Assembly (NCBI GenBank): GCA_963693365.1
Contig: CAVNZM010000004.1
Coordinates: 3,060,389 to 3,124,388 of the forward strand
Length of the DNA: 64,000 nucleotides
Origin: Amoebidium appalachense
Taxonomy: Eukaryota > Protista > Ichthyosporea
Direction of reading: 5' to 3'
Part shown: piece after piece, positions 37,866-48,900 of the stretch
How positions within the stretch are numbered: the first letter of the stretch is position 1
Layout: every line of letters begins with the position of its first letter
The notes under the pieces: model-generated
Database searches by the model: none
What the model saw: only the letters and a program-made list of their open reading frames with translations
What the model was told of the DNA's origin: nothing
Program-made: the position numbers and the translations under genes

Positions 37866-39465
37866 GTTAAGGTTCTAGATTTATATCACAACTTTGTGGC
37901 ATCACGTGCTGAGAAACTATTTTTGGATGTGATTGTTAGTATACATAATCAGAAGTTCTCCCTCTAACACTGTCTTGCAGACTTGAGCCTGACTGTCTGA
38001 GTCAATGGACCACACTGGCTTTTTTTGCACTCGCTCCTGTTAATCGGCCGTTAATTGGCTTCCAAGGACCAATAGAAAATGGGCTGGAAAATATGACACC
38101 TTGTTAATCACGTGTATCAGGCATTTTGCTTCTGTGTTTATACGTGGAATATAGTTGAAAATGTACGCAATCAGAGGGTTGGTTATATATCAGAATTATC
38201 TTCCGCCATTCTTCCATCTCAAGGCTTCTTCCTACCAGCACGTGTAGGATCTATAATCGAAAATGCAGCCTGTGCTCAAGTTCAACGTGCAGCGCTGAAA
38301 GGCATGAGCCAATCAGATGGACAACCTTTGTTGTCGATGGCACCCGCATCCGATTGGCCACCACGGCACCACATCGTGAGTGCGTGGACATGTGCAGGAC
38401 GCCTGACTGGCCAGCGCGTGAGACACGGAGCTTTTTTTTTTCCCCGGCTGCCCGGGCAGCCGCTGTGGCAAAGTCAGGGGAGTGGCTGGGCACAAATTTC
38501 ACTTGAAAACCGCGTAGTGAACCGACACGTCCGCCTAATAGATTTCTGCCCCTCCAGCAGTGATGTTTGTCTGACTGAGAGGAAACGAACATTTAATACA
38601 AGTTTGTGCAAATGGTAAAAATAACAATCCAGAAATAAACCGACTTCATTGATGACAGCAGGCCCGCGTCCTGCAACTTCTCCGGTTTTTCGTTCGAAAC
38701 CGGTGCACGTCTGTCGTTGCCAGATTGTTGGGTGCACGTGGGTGTGAGTGAGGAGTATTGTGACAGGGAGAGTGGGGGGGGGGAAGGGGGGGGGGGGGGG
38801 GGTGAGGGGGAGGGGCCTGGAAACAACAGGAAATTTGACCATGCTAAATGACTTGTTGCAACCGTTACAAACGGAGCTCGAGCTCGATTTAACATTTTAA
38901 ATTCGGGGAGGGGGGGGAGTTATAGGTGATTGTGCTTGTTTGTGTGTGTGCTTGTTTGTGTTTGTGTGTGTGTGTGTGAGGGGGATGGGGGGGTGGGGGA
39001 GGAGCCGGGGGGGAGAGCGGGGGGGACAGGGAGGGGGTTGGTGATTAGTACGGATGCATGGGTGCACGTGGTTTGGTAAATGGGTGCATATGCGGAGGTG
39101 TTGTCAAGTGTGTTCTTGTGTTTGTATGGGTGTGTGTATGCGGATGTGTGAGAATCATTAATGGTGTTCTTGTGACGGTGTGGGTTTGAAAGGGGGAAAA
39201 CAGTTTTATTCAGAGGAACGGTGAATAAAGTGCTACATGACTCAATTTTGAAAGCAGAAAATTTGTTGTCTGAGGACATTTCTTGTATAGGGCTGAAGTT
39301 TGGGGGCGAGGCGAGGGAGGTGGGGCGCGGGGGGGGGGGGGGGGGGGGGGGGGGGAGGGGACGGGGGCAAGGGGGGAGGGAGGGGGGGGGGGGAGGGGGT
39401 TGAGGGTTGCTGTTATTGTTGCTGTTGTTTGGGTGTGGTTGGGTGGGTAGGTGGTGTGTGTGTGT

Positions 39466-39510
<45 letters not shown>

Positions 39511-40639
39511 GGGGGGGGGATATGTGGATACTTGTGCGGACATATGTACGTGTTCGCGTGCATGCATCCATGTGTGTTCATGTATCGGAGTTTTCACAAA
39601 GCATTTGAGTTATCTGTTCTCAGATTTTATTTTTTCCCCCTTTTTTTTTGGGGGGGGGGGTCTTGTTCGGTTTCACCTTTGTGTATGTTCACAGTAAGTG
39701 GATACCATAGCATTCCCTGCTCGTGGGTGCATGTGGGAATGTGCACTTTCTATTCCATTTGTTCCGGTCCCCCTCCCTCCCCCCTCTCTTCCGTCCCTCC
39801 CTCTCCCACCCACCCACCCTTTCCCTCTCCCTGTCCCTTCCCCCACTCTCGATCTCTTTTTCTATGCCTGGGCCACGGAGTGCCCATCCTGTCCTCTTGT
39901 TAAAACTTCCCGTCCAGCACTTTCCATAAATAGGTAAAAAGAGCCGCTAATGATGACCCCACCTTGGCAGGGACGAGCATATGGAGCACATACAGACCCA
40001 ACGGCAGCATCCGAAACAACACCGCCTACCTGCAGGGCACATCCATGTAATCTCCTCCTCCCCCTCCCCCCCCCCCCCCCCCACCACCACCACCTATGGT
40101 GTTCCCCCCCCCCCCCCCCTTCCCCCTTTCCGGGGACAAAACAAAGGGTAAAAAAGAAAAAGAAAAAGAAAAACGGAAAGAAAAAATGCAAGACAACTCT
40201 GGTTCGCATTGGGCTTTCATTGCTCTTACATACATCGATAATTCAGTTACATATGGCAACACTTGCCGTACAGTGCATGTCAATACTTCATAGCCCATAG
40301 ACACCCTATTTTTGGTATTAAAAGTGCCCACACTGCACTATATATATAAACTGTGCCGTATCTTTTTACCGTACAACTGCTTTCTGATCATAGCATACAT
40401 GTGGGAACACTGCAAGGCCTCCTAAATAGCACATATTTAGGAGGGGTTTACGCTGTTTACTCGAGGCAAAGAGAACCAGTCTCAGGTATGGGGGGGGGGG
40501 GGGTTTGCTCGGAATATCCCCTCAGCGGTATATCATGATCACGTACATAGATGTCGGGTGGTGACTATATATCAGGGTTTACTTTCTCTACGAGACACCA
40601 TAAAGACTACAAGGAGAAATCAATTAGTTGGGGTTCCCC

Positions 40640-40640
<1 letters not shown>

Positions 40641-40681
<41 letters not shown>

Positions 40682-40713
40682 GGGCTCCCCTCGGGACACT
40701 CGGTATCAGCTGG

Positions 40714-40784
<71 letters not shown>

Positions 40785-43496
40785 TGCGCTATAATTTTGT
40801 AGTGATGTGTTTCTCAAGCCAATCAATACATCTAATAAACAGGTCGTAGTTACGCGTGTTTAGTATAAAATCAAGGATGTTGTAATTTACAGGTAGGCTA
40901 TCTTTCTGGGTGTCTGTTGTGAATGTGACGTGTGTGTGTTGCGGTATTATGTGGTCTATCAAACTACATTTGGCGATACATGACCGGTTAAACTGGTGTG
41001 TGTGTGTGTTGTTTGGGCATGCAAATGATGCCACCTTATACTTATTAGATCTCCACTGTATAGCACGTGTACAGTAAAAGCGTGGTAATTGATCAATAAT
41101 ACCATCAGCTAGAGAAAGACCAGTTCTACAGGAAGGTAATATGTATTTAGGTGTTATACACTTGCGAGTGCCATATTTGGCAATATGGTTGAGGCGGTCA
41201 GTATATATAAAACGAGACATAAGGCTTAGTTTTTCAAGGTGTATGCTTTCATCGGGTCTAGTGTCGTGTGGTATCTTTTTCCATTTGTTATATTGCGTGA
41301 TTATCTTGTGATTGTGTACATGTTTAATAAGTAAGTGGCAGTCCAAAGTCACACACACACTATTGCGGGGTTTATTTGTATTTGTGCCCAGGGGAGAAGG
41401 GGAGAGAGAGGGGAGGAAAGAGGGGAGAGGTGAGGAGGGGACAGGTCGGATAGAGAAGAGAGGGTGGGAGGGCAAATACTTCTTTAAGCGGCTTATGTGC
41501 TTATTGAATTTCAGCGCGAGATAGGATACTCTAGCAGCTATTGGGACCAGACCATATATCGAGAGCGTTACAGGCCCAGGTTTACAACAGTTGTTAGATA
41601 GAAAGGAGGCAACTTCTGCTTCAAGGAAATTTGCCAAGGGTTTAAGCGCTCTAGTTCTCTCTTTCTTGATCCAAGCGGCGAGAAGGGGTAAACCATATTC
41701 ACATGCCGGGAAGACAAAAGTGCGAATAAATGTAAGTCTAATAGACGGATGGAGGGGTGTGTCTTTAAAAATATTAGCCGAGAAGAAAGCTAACCGCTTA
41801 CGAGCCAACTCTACCCTCTTTTCGACCATATGGGGAAACATAACACCAACAGAATCAACCGGAACACCAAGATATTTGTATTCTGGAACTATAGGTACAG
41901 GTTTAGATGATAATGTAAATGTGTGTAAATTGTTAGCTATATCAGGTACAAGAACACCACATTTGTCTATGTTAAGGATCATAAGGTTTGCCTTGCACCA
42001 CTCTGACACTACATCGAACAATCTTTGCAGGCGTCTAGGGGTACGGGCAAGGAGGGACAGATCATCAGCATAGAGAAGTGCAGGCGGAAAGTTATTAATA
42101 GGGTCATCGTTTTCGGCGTAAATCTTGACAGCCAAATCATCTATAAATAGGTTAAACAAAAAGGGGCTAAGCAATGAACCCTGCAAGAGACCTCTAGTAC
42201 GAGCAAAACCATATGAAAGATGCCCATTAACCACAGCTCTACCATAGGTTTGAGACAAGAGTGCTTCTAACAGAACACCAATGCAGTGTGGTACACCCCG
42301 TGCAGCAAGCTTTTCCCATAGGAGACCAGGGGAGACAGAATCGTAAGCAGTTTTCCAATCAATAAAGCCAACATATTGTGCACCAACTTGCATAGAATCG
42401 TGCAGTGCCATTATTTGAACATAACATGAATTGTTTTTACGAAAAGCGGATTGGCATGGGTGTATGTGAAGAATAGATTGAAACCTAGGGTGATGTGCAA
42501 ATAACCTAAGTAAGCAAGCTTCAAAGAATCTACGAACAACCTGGGTTAGTGTAATGGGGCGAAAGGATGATATGGGGCCCTCAGAGTCCTTCTTAACTAT
42601 GGGGATCACTAAGGTATCTAACCAAGATGACGGGACATGTCCACATTTAACACACCAAGAAAAGAGAGAGCTTAACATGATAGTAAGATCAGGTTTAATA
42701 GCACGATCACTTTCCTTTTGTGGGTAGGAGGGAACAAGGATTTTAAGAAACCCAGCAGGGAGTCCATCAGGTCCACAAGACTTACTAGAGCTATAACTAG
42801 ATATCACAGACCATATGGCATCGGGACTGAAAAAGGGGAGGATCGATTCTATGGGGATAGATGGGTCTACAGGCCACACAATAGGTTTCTGAGCGGGGGT
42901 CCTATCTTTAAACAGTTCCGAGAAATACTTATCAGAGTCTATGAGGGGGTCTCCAGTGGTATCACCAATAATACGAGCAGGGGGGCCAAATCGATTCATA
43001 CTAGCAAGCCGGCGCAAGCTTTCCTTTTGAGACAGGGGTTCACCTAGTCTAGCGGGAGTGGTGTTTGGTAACAAGAGAGCATCGGGATATTCCTTCCTAC
43101 CACCGCCAGCATAATCACCGAGATCTATCAAATCATCAACAATAAAGTTAGTGCATGTATCTAGTACGAGATGTGAATCTGGCCTGGCTTGTGCAGATTC
43201 TAATAGGCGCATATATATAGGGTGTTTCGTAGCATAGCATACACATACATCAACTCTACCCCACTGTGACTTAAGCTGGGATAGACGGAGGCGAAAGGTG
43301 GGAGGGGGAGGGGGGAGCAGATCAAGGGAGATCTTAGGTAGGAAAAGGATAGGAGAGTGGTCAGATGACCTAGAGAGGTTAGGAGGGAGAGAGAGTTTTG
43401 ACATGGTTGATGGCCAAAAGGCCACTCCCCAGTCGGTGTTGTGGGCATGGGATATTTGAGGGAACCGCAAAGTGTGACTTTGGACATACCTTGCTA
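40641..43496 (-). mobile_element. 5'-truncated LINE inserted antisense in the subtilase intron, with (CA)n in the 3' UTR and a poly(A) tail (poly-T 40641-40677)
   Basis: RT ORF, AT-richer composition than host exons, and terminal homopolymer. The 5' boundary is approximate and no TSD was found. Confidence 0.85.
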
Positions 43497-43518
43497 TATT
43501 TAGGAGGCCTTGGAACAC
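40789..43518 (-). CDS. Non-LTR retrotransposon ORF2: end of APE endonuclease, reverse transcriptase, Cys-rich C-terminus
   Basis: SDHSPI (APE end), GPDGLP, FRPITL, QSAFR, FIDWKTAYDSV, GLLQGSLLSPFLFN, LLYADD, YKYLG. 909 codons without a stop. Confidence 0.93.
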   Translation of the reverse strand: MFQGLLNIARYVQSHTLRFPQISHAHNTDWGVAFWPSTMSKLSLPPNLSRSSDHSPILFLPKISLDLLPPPPPTFRLRLSQLKSQWGRVDVCVCYATKHPIYMRLLESAQARPDSHLVLDTCTNFIVDDLIDLGDYAGGGRKEYPDALLLPNTTPARLGEPLSQKESLRRLASMNRFGPPARIIGDTTGDPLIDSDKYFSELFKDRTPAQKPIVWPVDPSIPIESILPFFSPDAIWSVISSYSSSKSCGPDGLPAGFLKILVPSYPQKESDRAIKPDLTIMLSSLFSWCVKCGHVPSSWLDTLVIPIVKKDSEGPISSFRPITLTQVVRRFFEACLLRLFAHHPRFQSILHIHPCQSAFRKNNSCYVQIMALHDSMQVGAQYVGFIDWKTAYDSVSPGLLWEKLAARGVPHCIGVLLEALLSQTYGRAVVNGHLSYGFARTRGLLQGSLLSPFLFNLFIDDLAVKIYAENDDPINNFPPALLYADDLSLLARTPRRLQRLFDVVSEWCKANLMILNIDKCGVLVPDIANNLHTFTLSSKPVPIVPEYKYLGVPVDSVGVMFPHMVEKRVELARKRLAFFSANIFKDTPLHPSIRLTFIRTFVFPACEYGLPLLAAWIKKERTRALKPLANFLEAEVASFLSNNCCKPGPVTLSIYGLVPIAARVSYLALKFNKHISRLKKYLPSHPLFSIRPVPSSPLPSFLPSLSPSPLGTNTNKPRNSVCVTLDCHLLIKHVHNHKIITQYNKWKKIPHDTRPDESIHLEKLSLMSRFIYTDRLNHIAKYGTRKCITPKYILPSCRTGLSLADGIIDQLPRFYCTRAIQWRSNKYKVASFACPNNTHTHQFNRSCIAKCSLIDHIIPQHTHVTFTTDTQKDSLPVNYNILDFILNTRNYDLFIRCIDWLEKHITTKL

Positions 43519-44465
43519 TGGCCCACAATGTGCTATTTATGGACCGTGCACCTAAATATAGTACAGCAATATGGGCCCACGGTCTACTGGCAGGGCCTCC
43601 CCCGGCGCTGCGGCCGTGTTCCTCGGCATGTTCCCAGATGCCACCGTGGAGGATGTAAGTGGCCCGGCACACACACACACACCCTGTACACACACACACA
43701 CACACACACCACAAATGAACACGCACACACAGGCACCCCCCCTCCCCCCCCTCCCCGCCCCCCTCCCCCTCCCTCCCAACACACACACACACCGGCATAG
43801 CAATAGGTATAGGCACACAACGCACACCAACACCCCGCCACATACACACATACCAGGCACACGCGCACGGGCACATGTGCGCTCGCACAGGCACACACGC
43901 GCACACAAGCAAACTCACACACACACAGTCACGGGTGTAGTCAAACGGCCAACACATTCCACCTCAGAAGTTCTACACAAAAACATCCTCCACTTAAAAC
44001 CAAAAATCTCCATTTCAAAACCAGAACCCTTAATCGCATACAGTGACCTTAAAACATCACTAACACACCCACCCACACATCAGGTGGTTAAGGTGATTAA
44101 AGGAAGCGCCAAACCCAACGCCATTAAAGGCCTGCCGCAGTGCCCAGGCTCACCCAACCTCCTTCTGTACGTTAACTGGTTTCCCAAGGACCACGGCCAT
44201 CTAGAAACACCTAACACGTACTGACGTGTTGCCGCACGTGCGACGTTTTAACATCTACTCAGGCGGTCCCTTTTAAGTTAAAAAAAAAAGAAAAAAAAAA
44301 AAGAAAAAAAAAAAAAGAAAGGAGACACCGCCTCAGTAGGTGGTAGTAGATGGCCGTGCCCAAGGACAGAAGATATATGCGTCAGCAAGGACGTTAAAGT
44401 AATGAGCAATGATGCATGCCGCAAGACTAAATGAAGCGTTAAAGAAAGCTGCGAATTCCGCCCGA

Positions 44466-44578
44466 CCAATCAGTGCCGAGCGGTTAAAGGGACAAGAGTG
44501 ACTGACCAATGGTGCGAGCAGGTGCAGTGCGATGCGGCTTATAAGGCCTATTGCACCAATGAGTAGAGGCCGTTATAA
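44466..44578 (+). promoter_or_regulatory. Triple CCAAT box with TTATAA motifs
   Basis: CCAAT at 44466, 44506 and 44556. TTATAA at 44539 and 44573. Confidence 0.4.
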
Positions 44579-45098
44579 GTTTTTAATAGATAATGGTGGT
44601 GGCTTGTTCGGTCAATGGGTTTAGGAGATGGAAACGGTTTAAGATGTGTTGAACCCAGGCCCATGATAGGTGTCACTACAACGTCAAGGTGCCTGCTCAA
44701 CCAACGAATATGCCTTTTTAAATTAGGGTGATTCTGTAAAACATGCAGCCAGGAACAAGTTTCCGAGTCTGGGGCTTTTGTTGGAGAGAAAGAGATCACA
44801 ATTACACGAGGGTCAAGTCACATAAAAATTTCCATTGATATCAAATTTACTATTGCTGTGGAAACCCATCTTCCTTCTTAGTCACCTATTATCACACGCG
44901 CTATAGTATTTTCCGAGTGCCGTGCCCTTGCGACCAGTCAATTAAAAATGAAACGCTTTTTGATGATTGCACAAAGGTCCGATGATGCAAAGGTTTTATC
45001 AGGTGCTTCACATGTATTCACGTCTCAAGGATTATCGAATGTTCTCACCGGCTCCCCCCCCCCCCCTCTCCCCCCCCTCCCCGCAGGCGGTAGAGACT

Positions 45099-45180
<82 letters not shown>

Positions 45181-45320
45181 ATATGAATGTCACCTGGGAG
45201 GGAAAAGGATATTAGCCAGACGGTGAAGAGTTTGAAAATGAATGGAAAGTTCCGGAAATGTAAGGAAAATCGTCCACTGGAATAATGGAAAATCCTGACA
45301 AGAAGTGAATGATGAAAGTG

Positions 45321-45356
<36 letters not shown>

Positions 45357-45570
45357 ACACCCACACCCACACATGCGCGCGCGTGCACACACACACTGAC
45401 GCACACCAAATCATTGGCACACACAATAAATGCCCTTTGCCCCACTGCGCACGCAGGTGGCCCTGAAAACTTTAAATGGAAATGAAAATGAGGTGCGGGA
45501 ATTCAACACATCCAATGCTTAGCGGCTCAATGAGGGCCCAACCACATCGGCTGAGTCAACTTGCTCCGAC

Positions 45571-45910
45571 CAGAATTATTCTGCAAAAAGCAGAATTATT
45601 CTTCAAAACGCAGAATCATTGTGAAAAGCAGAATCAATTTGCGAACAGCAGAATCAATATACTAAAAGCAGAATCAATCTGCTTAAAGCAGAATTATTCT
45701 CCTTATAGCAGAATCATTCTGCTGTCGAAAGCAGAATGATTCTGCTTTTAGTGGAATAAGTATGCTAAAAGCAGAATAATTCTGCTAAAAGCAGAGTGAT
45801 TCTGCTAGAAGCAGAGTGATTCTGCGAAAAGCAGATATACTGCTTTTGCAGAATAATTCTGCTAAAAGCAGAGTGATACTTCTTTTGCAGAAACCTGCTT
45901 TTCGCAGAAA
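45571..45910. repeat. Foldback array of ~20-bp self-complementary units (AGCAGAAT.ATTCTGCT)
   Basis: Central 17-bp inverted repeat at 45707-45723/45730-45746. Outer arms CAGAATTATTCTGCAAAA (45571) and TTTTGCAGAATAATTCTG (~45844-45861). Confidence 0.8.
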
Positions 45911-45959
45911 AATTATGCATTTTGCAACTTATTTCCGCTTTTGCAGGATAATGCTGTCT

Positions 45960-48900
45960 TTCGGGCGGGATTTATCATGAACCGAGCACCCTCAAATCTA
46001 CCCACATGGCTAAAAAGGGGGACCTGGGCAGGATTTAAAAGGAACCGAGCACCCTCAAATATAGTCGACCCTGGGCGGGATTTGTAATGAACCAAGCACC
46101 CTCAAGAAAAAGAGGGGCATGAGCGGGATTTTTAATGAAGAATGAACCGAGCACCCTCAATTATACCCACACAGCTAAAAAGGGGGACCTGGACGGGATT
46201 TAATATGAACCAAGCACCCTCCAATATAGCCACACAGCTAAAAAGGGGGACCTGGGCGGGATTTTTAATGAACCAAGCACCCTTAAATACAGCCACACAG
46301 CTTAAAAAGGGGGGACTGGGCAGGATTTAAAATTAACCGAGCACCCTCATATATAGCCACACAGCTAAAAAGGGGGACCTGGGCTGGATTTTTAATGAAC
46401 CAAGCACCCTCAAACATGGCCACACAGCTAAAAAAGGGGACCTGGGGGGGGGGTTTTAATGAACTAAGCACCCTCAAATATAGCCACACAGCTAAAAAGG
46501 GGGGCCTGGGCTAAAAAGGGGGACCTGATCGGGATTTAAAATGAACCGAGCACCCTCCAATATAGCCACACAGCTAAAAAGGGGGACCTGGGCGGGATTT
46601 CTAATGAACCGAGCACCCTCAAATATACCACATATCTAAAAAGGGGGACCTGGGTGGGATTTTTAATGAACCGAGCACCCTCAAATAGAGCCACACAGCT
46701 AAAAAGGGGGATCTGGGCGGGATTTTTAATGGACCAAGCACCCTCAAATATAGTCACACAGCTAAAAAGGGGGACCTGGGCTGGATTTTTTATTAACCGA
46801 GCACCCTCGAATATAGCCAGAAAGCTAAAAAGGAGGACCTGTGCGGGATTTTCAATGAACCGAGCACCCTCAAATATGGCCACACAGCGAAAAAGGGGGA
46901 CCTGGACGGGATTTAAAATGAACCAAGCAACCTCAAATATAGCCACACAGCTAAAAAGGGGGACCTGGGCGGGAGTTTTTATGAACCAAGCACCCTCAAA
47001 TATAGCCACACAGCTGAAAAGGGGGACCTGGGCGGGATTTTTGACGAACCAAGCACCCTCAGATAAAGCCACACAGCTAAAAAGGGGGAACTGGGCGGGA
47101 TTTTTAATGAACCAAGCACCCTCAAATACAGCCACACAGCTTAAAAAGGGGGACCTGGGCAGGATTTAAAATTAACCGAGCACCCTCATATAGCCACACA
47201 GCTAAAAAGGGGGACCTGTTTAATGAACCAAGCACCCTCAAATATGGCCACACCGCTCAATAAAGGTACCTGGGGGTGATTCTTAATGAACCGAGCACCC
47301 TCAAATATAGCCACACAGCTAAAAGGGGGGGCCTGGGCTAAAAAGGGGGACCTGATCGGGATTTAAAATGAACCGAGCACCCTCCAATATAGCCACACAG
47401 CTAAAAAGGGGGACCTGGGCGGAATTTTTAATGAACCGAGCAACCTCAAATATACCACATATCTAAAAAGGGGGACCTGGGCGGGATTTTTAATAAACCG
47501 AGCACCCTCAAATATAGCCACACAATAAAAAAGGGGGACCGGGGCGGGATTTTTAATGAACCAAGCACCCTCAAATATAGCCACACAGCTAAAAAGGGGG
47601 AGCTGAACGGGATTTAAAATGCGAGCATCCTCAAATATAGCCACACAGCTAAAAAGGGGGACCTGGGCTAAAAAGGGGGACCTCAACGGGATTTAAAATG
47701 AACCGAGCATCCTCCAATATAGCCACACAGCTAAAAAGAGGGACCTGGGCGGGATTAGTAATGAACCGAGCACCCTCAAATATGCCACATATCTAAAAAG
47801 GGGGACCTGGGCGGGATTTTTAATGAACCGAGCACCCTCAAATATAGCCACACAGCTAAAAAGGGGGACCTTGGGGCGTTTTTAAGGAACCGAGCACCCT
47901 CAAATATGGCCACACAGCTAAAAAGGGGGACCTGGGCTAAAAATGGGGACCTAGGCGGGGTGTAATATGAACCGAGCACCCTCACATATAGCCGCACAGC
48001 TAAATCAGGGGACCTGGGAGGGATTTTTAAGGAACCAAGCACCCTCAAATATAGCCACACAGCTAAAAAGGGGGACCTGGGTGGGATTTAAAATGAACCA
48101 AGCACCCTCAAATATAGCCATAGCTAAAAAGGGGGACCTGGGCGGGATTTATAATGAACCAAGCACCCTCAAATAAGCCACACAGCTAAAGAAAGGGGAC
48201 CTGGGCGGGATTTTTAATGAACCAAGCAACCTCAAATAGAACCACAAGGCTAAAAAGGGGGACCTGGGCAGGATTTTAAATGAACCGAGCACCCTCAGAT
48301 ATACCACACAGCTAAAAGGGGGATTTGGGCAGATTTTTTAATGAACCAAGCAACCTCAACTATAGCCACACAGCCAAAAAGGGGGATCTGGGCGGGATTT
48401 GTAATGAACCAGGCACCCTCAAATATAGCCACACAGCTAAAAACGGGGACCAGGGCGGGATAATGAACCAAGCACCCTCAAATAAGCCACACAGCAACAC
48501 AGCTAAGAAGGGGGACCTGGGCGGGATTTTTAATGAACCAAGCACCCTCAAATATAACCACGGCTAAAAGGGGGACGTGGGCGGGATTTTAAATGAACCA
48601 AGCACCCTCAAATATAGCCACACAGCTAAAAATGGGGACCTGGGCGGAATTGAAAATGAACCGAGCACCCTCAAATCTAACCACACAGCTAAAAAGGGGG
48701 ACCTGGACGGGATTTAAAATGAACCGAGCACCCTCAAATATAGTCACACAGCCAAAAAAGGTGGCCTGGGCAGGATTATTAATGAACCAAGCCAAAAGGG
48801 GGATTTGGGCAGAAGAAGTAATGAACCAAGCACCCTCAAATATAGCCACACAGCTAAAAGAGGGGTCCTGGGAGGATTTAATATGAACAAAGCACCCTCA

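Larger units (their letters stand above)
39971..44224 (+). pseudogene. 3' remnant of a subtilisin-like S8 (proteinase K-type) serine protease, exons 39971-40046, 43594-43654, 44084-44224
   Basis: The spliced product reads (G)TSIWSTY...AYLQGTSM|ASPGAAAVFLGMFPDATVED|VVKVIKGSAKPNAIKGLP..PGSPNLLLY. It has the catalytic GTSM and a proteinase K-like C-terminus. The usual HVA after ASP is missing and no upstream Asp/His exons were found. Confidence 0.75.
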
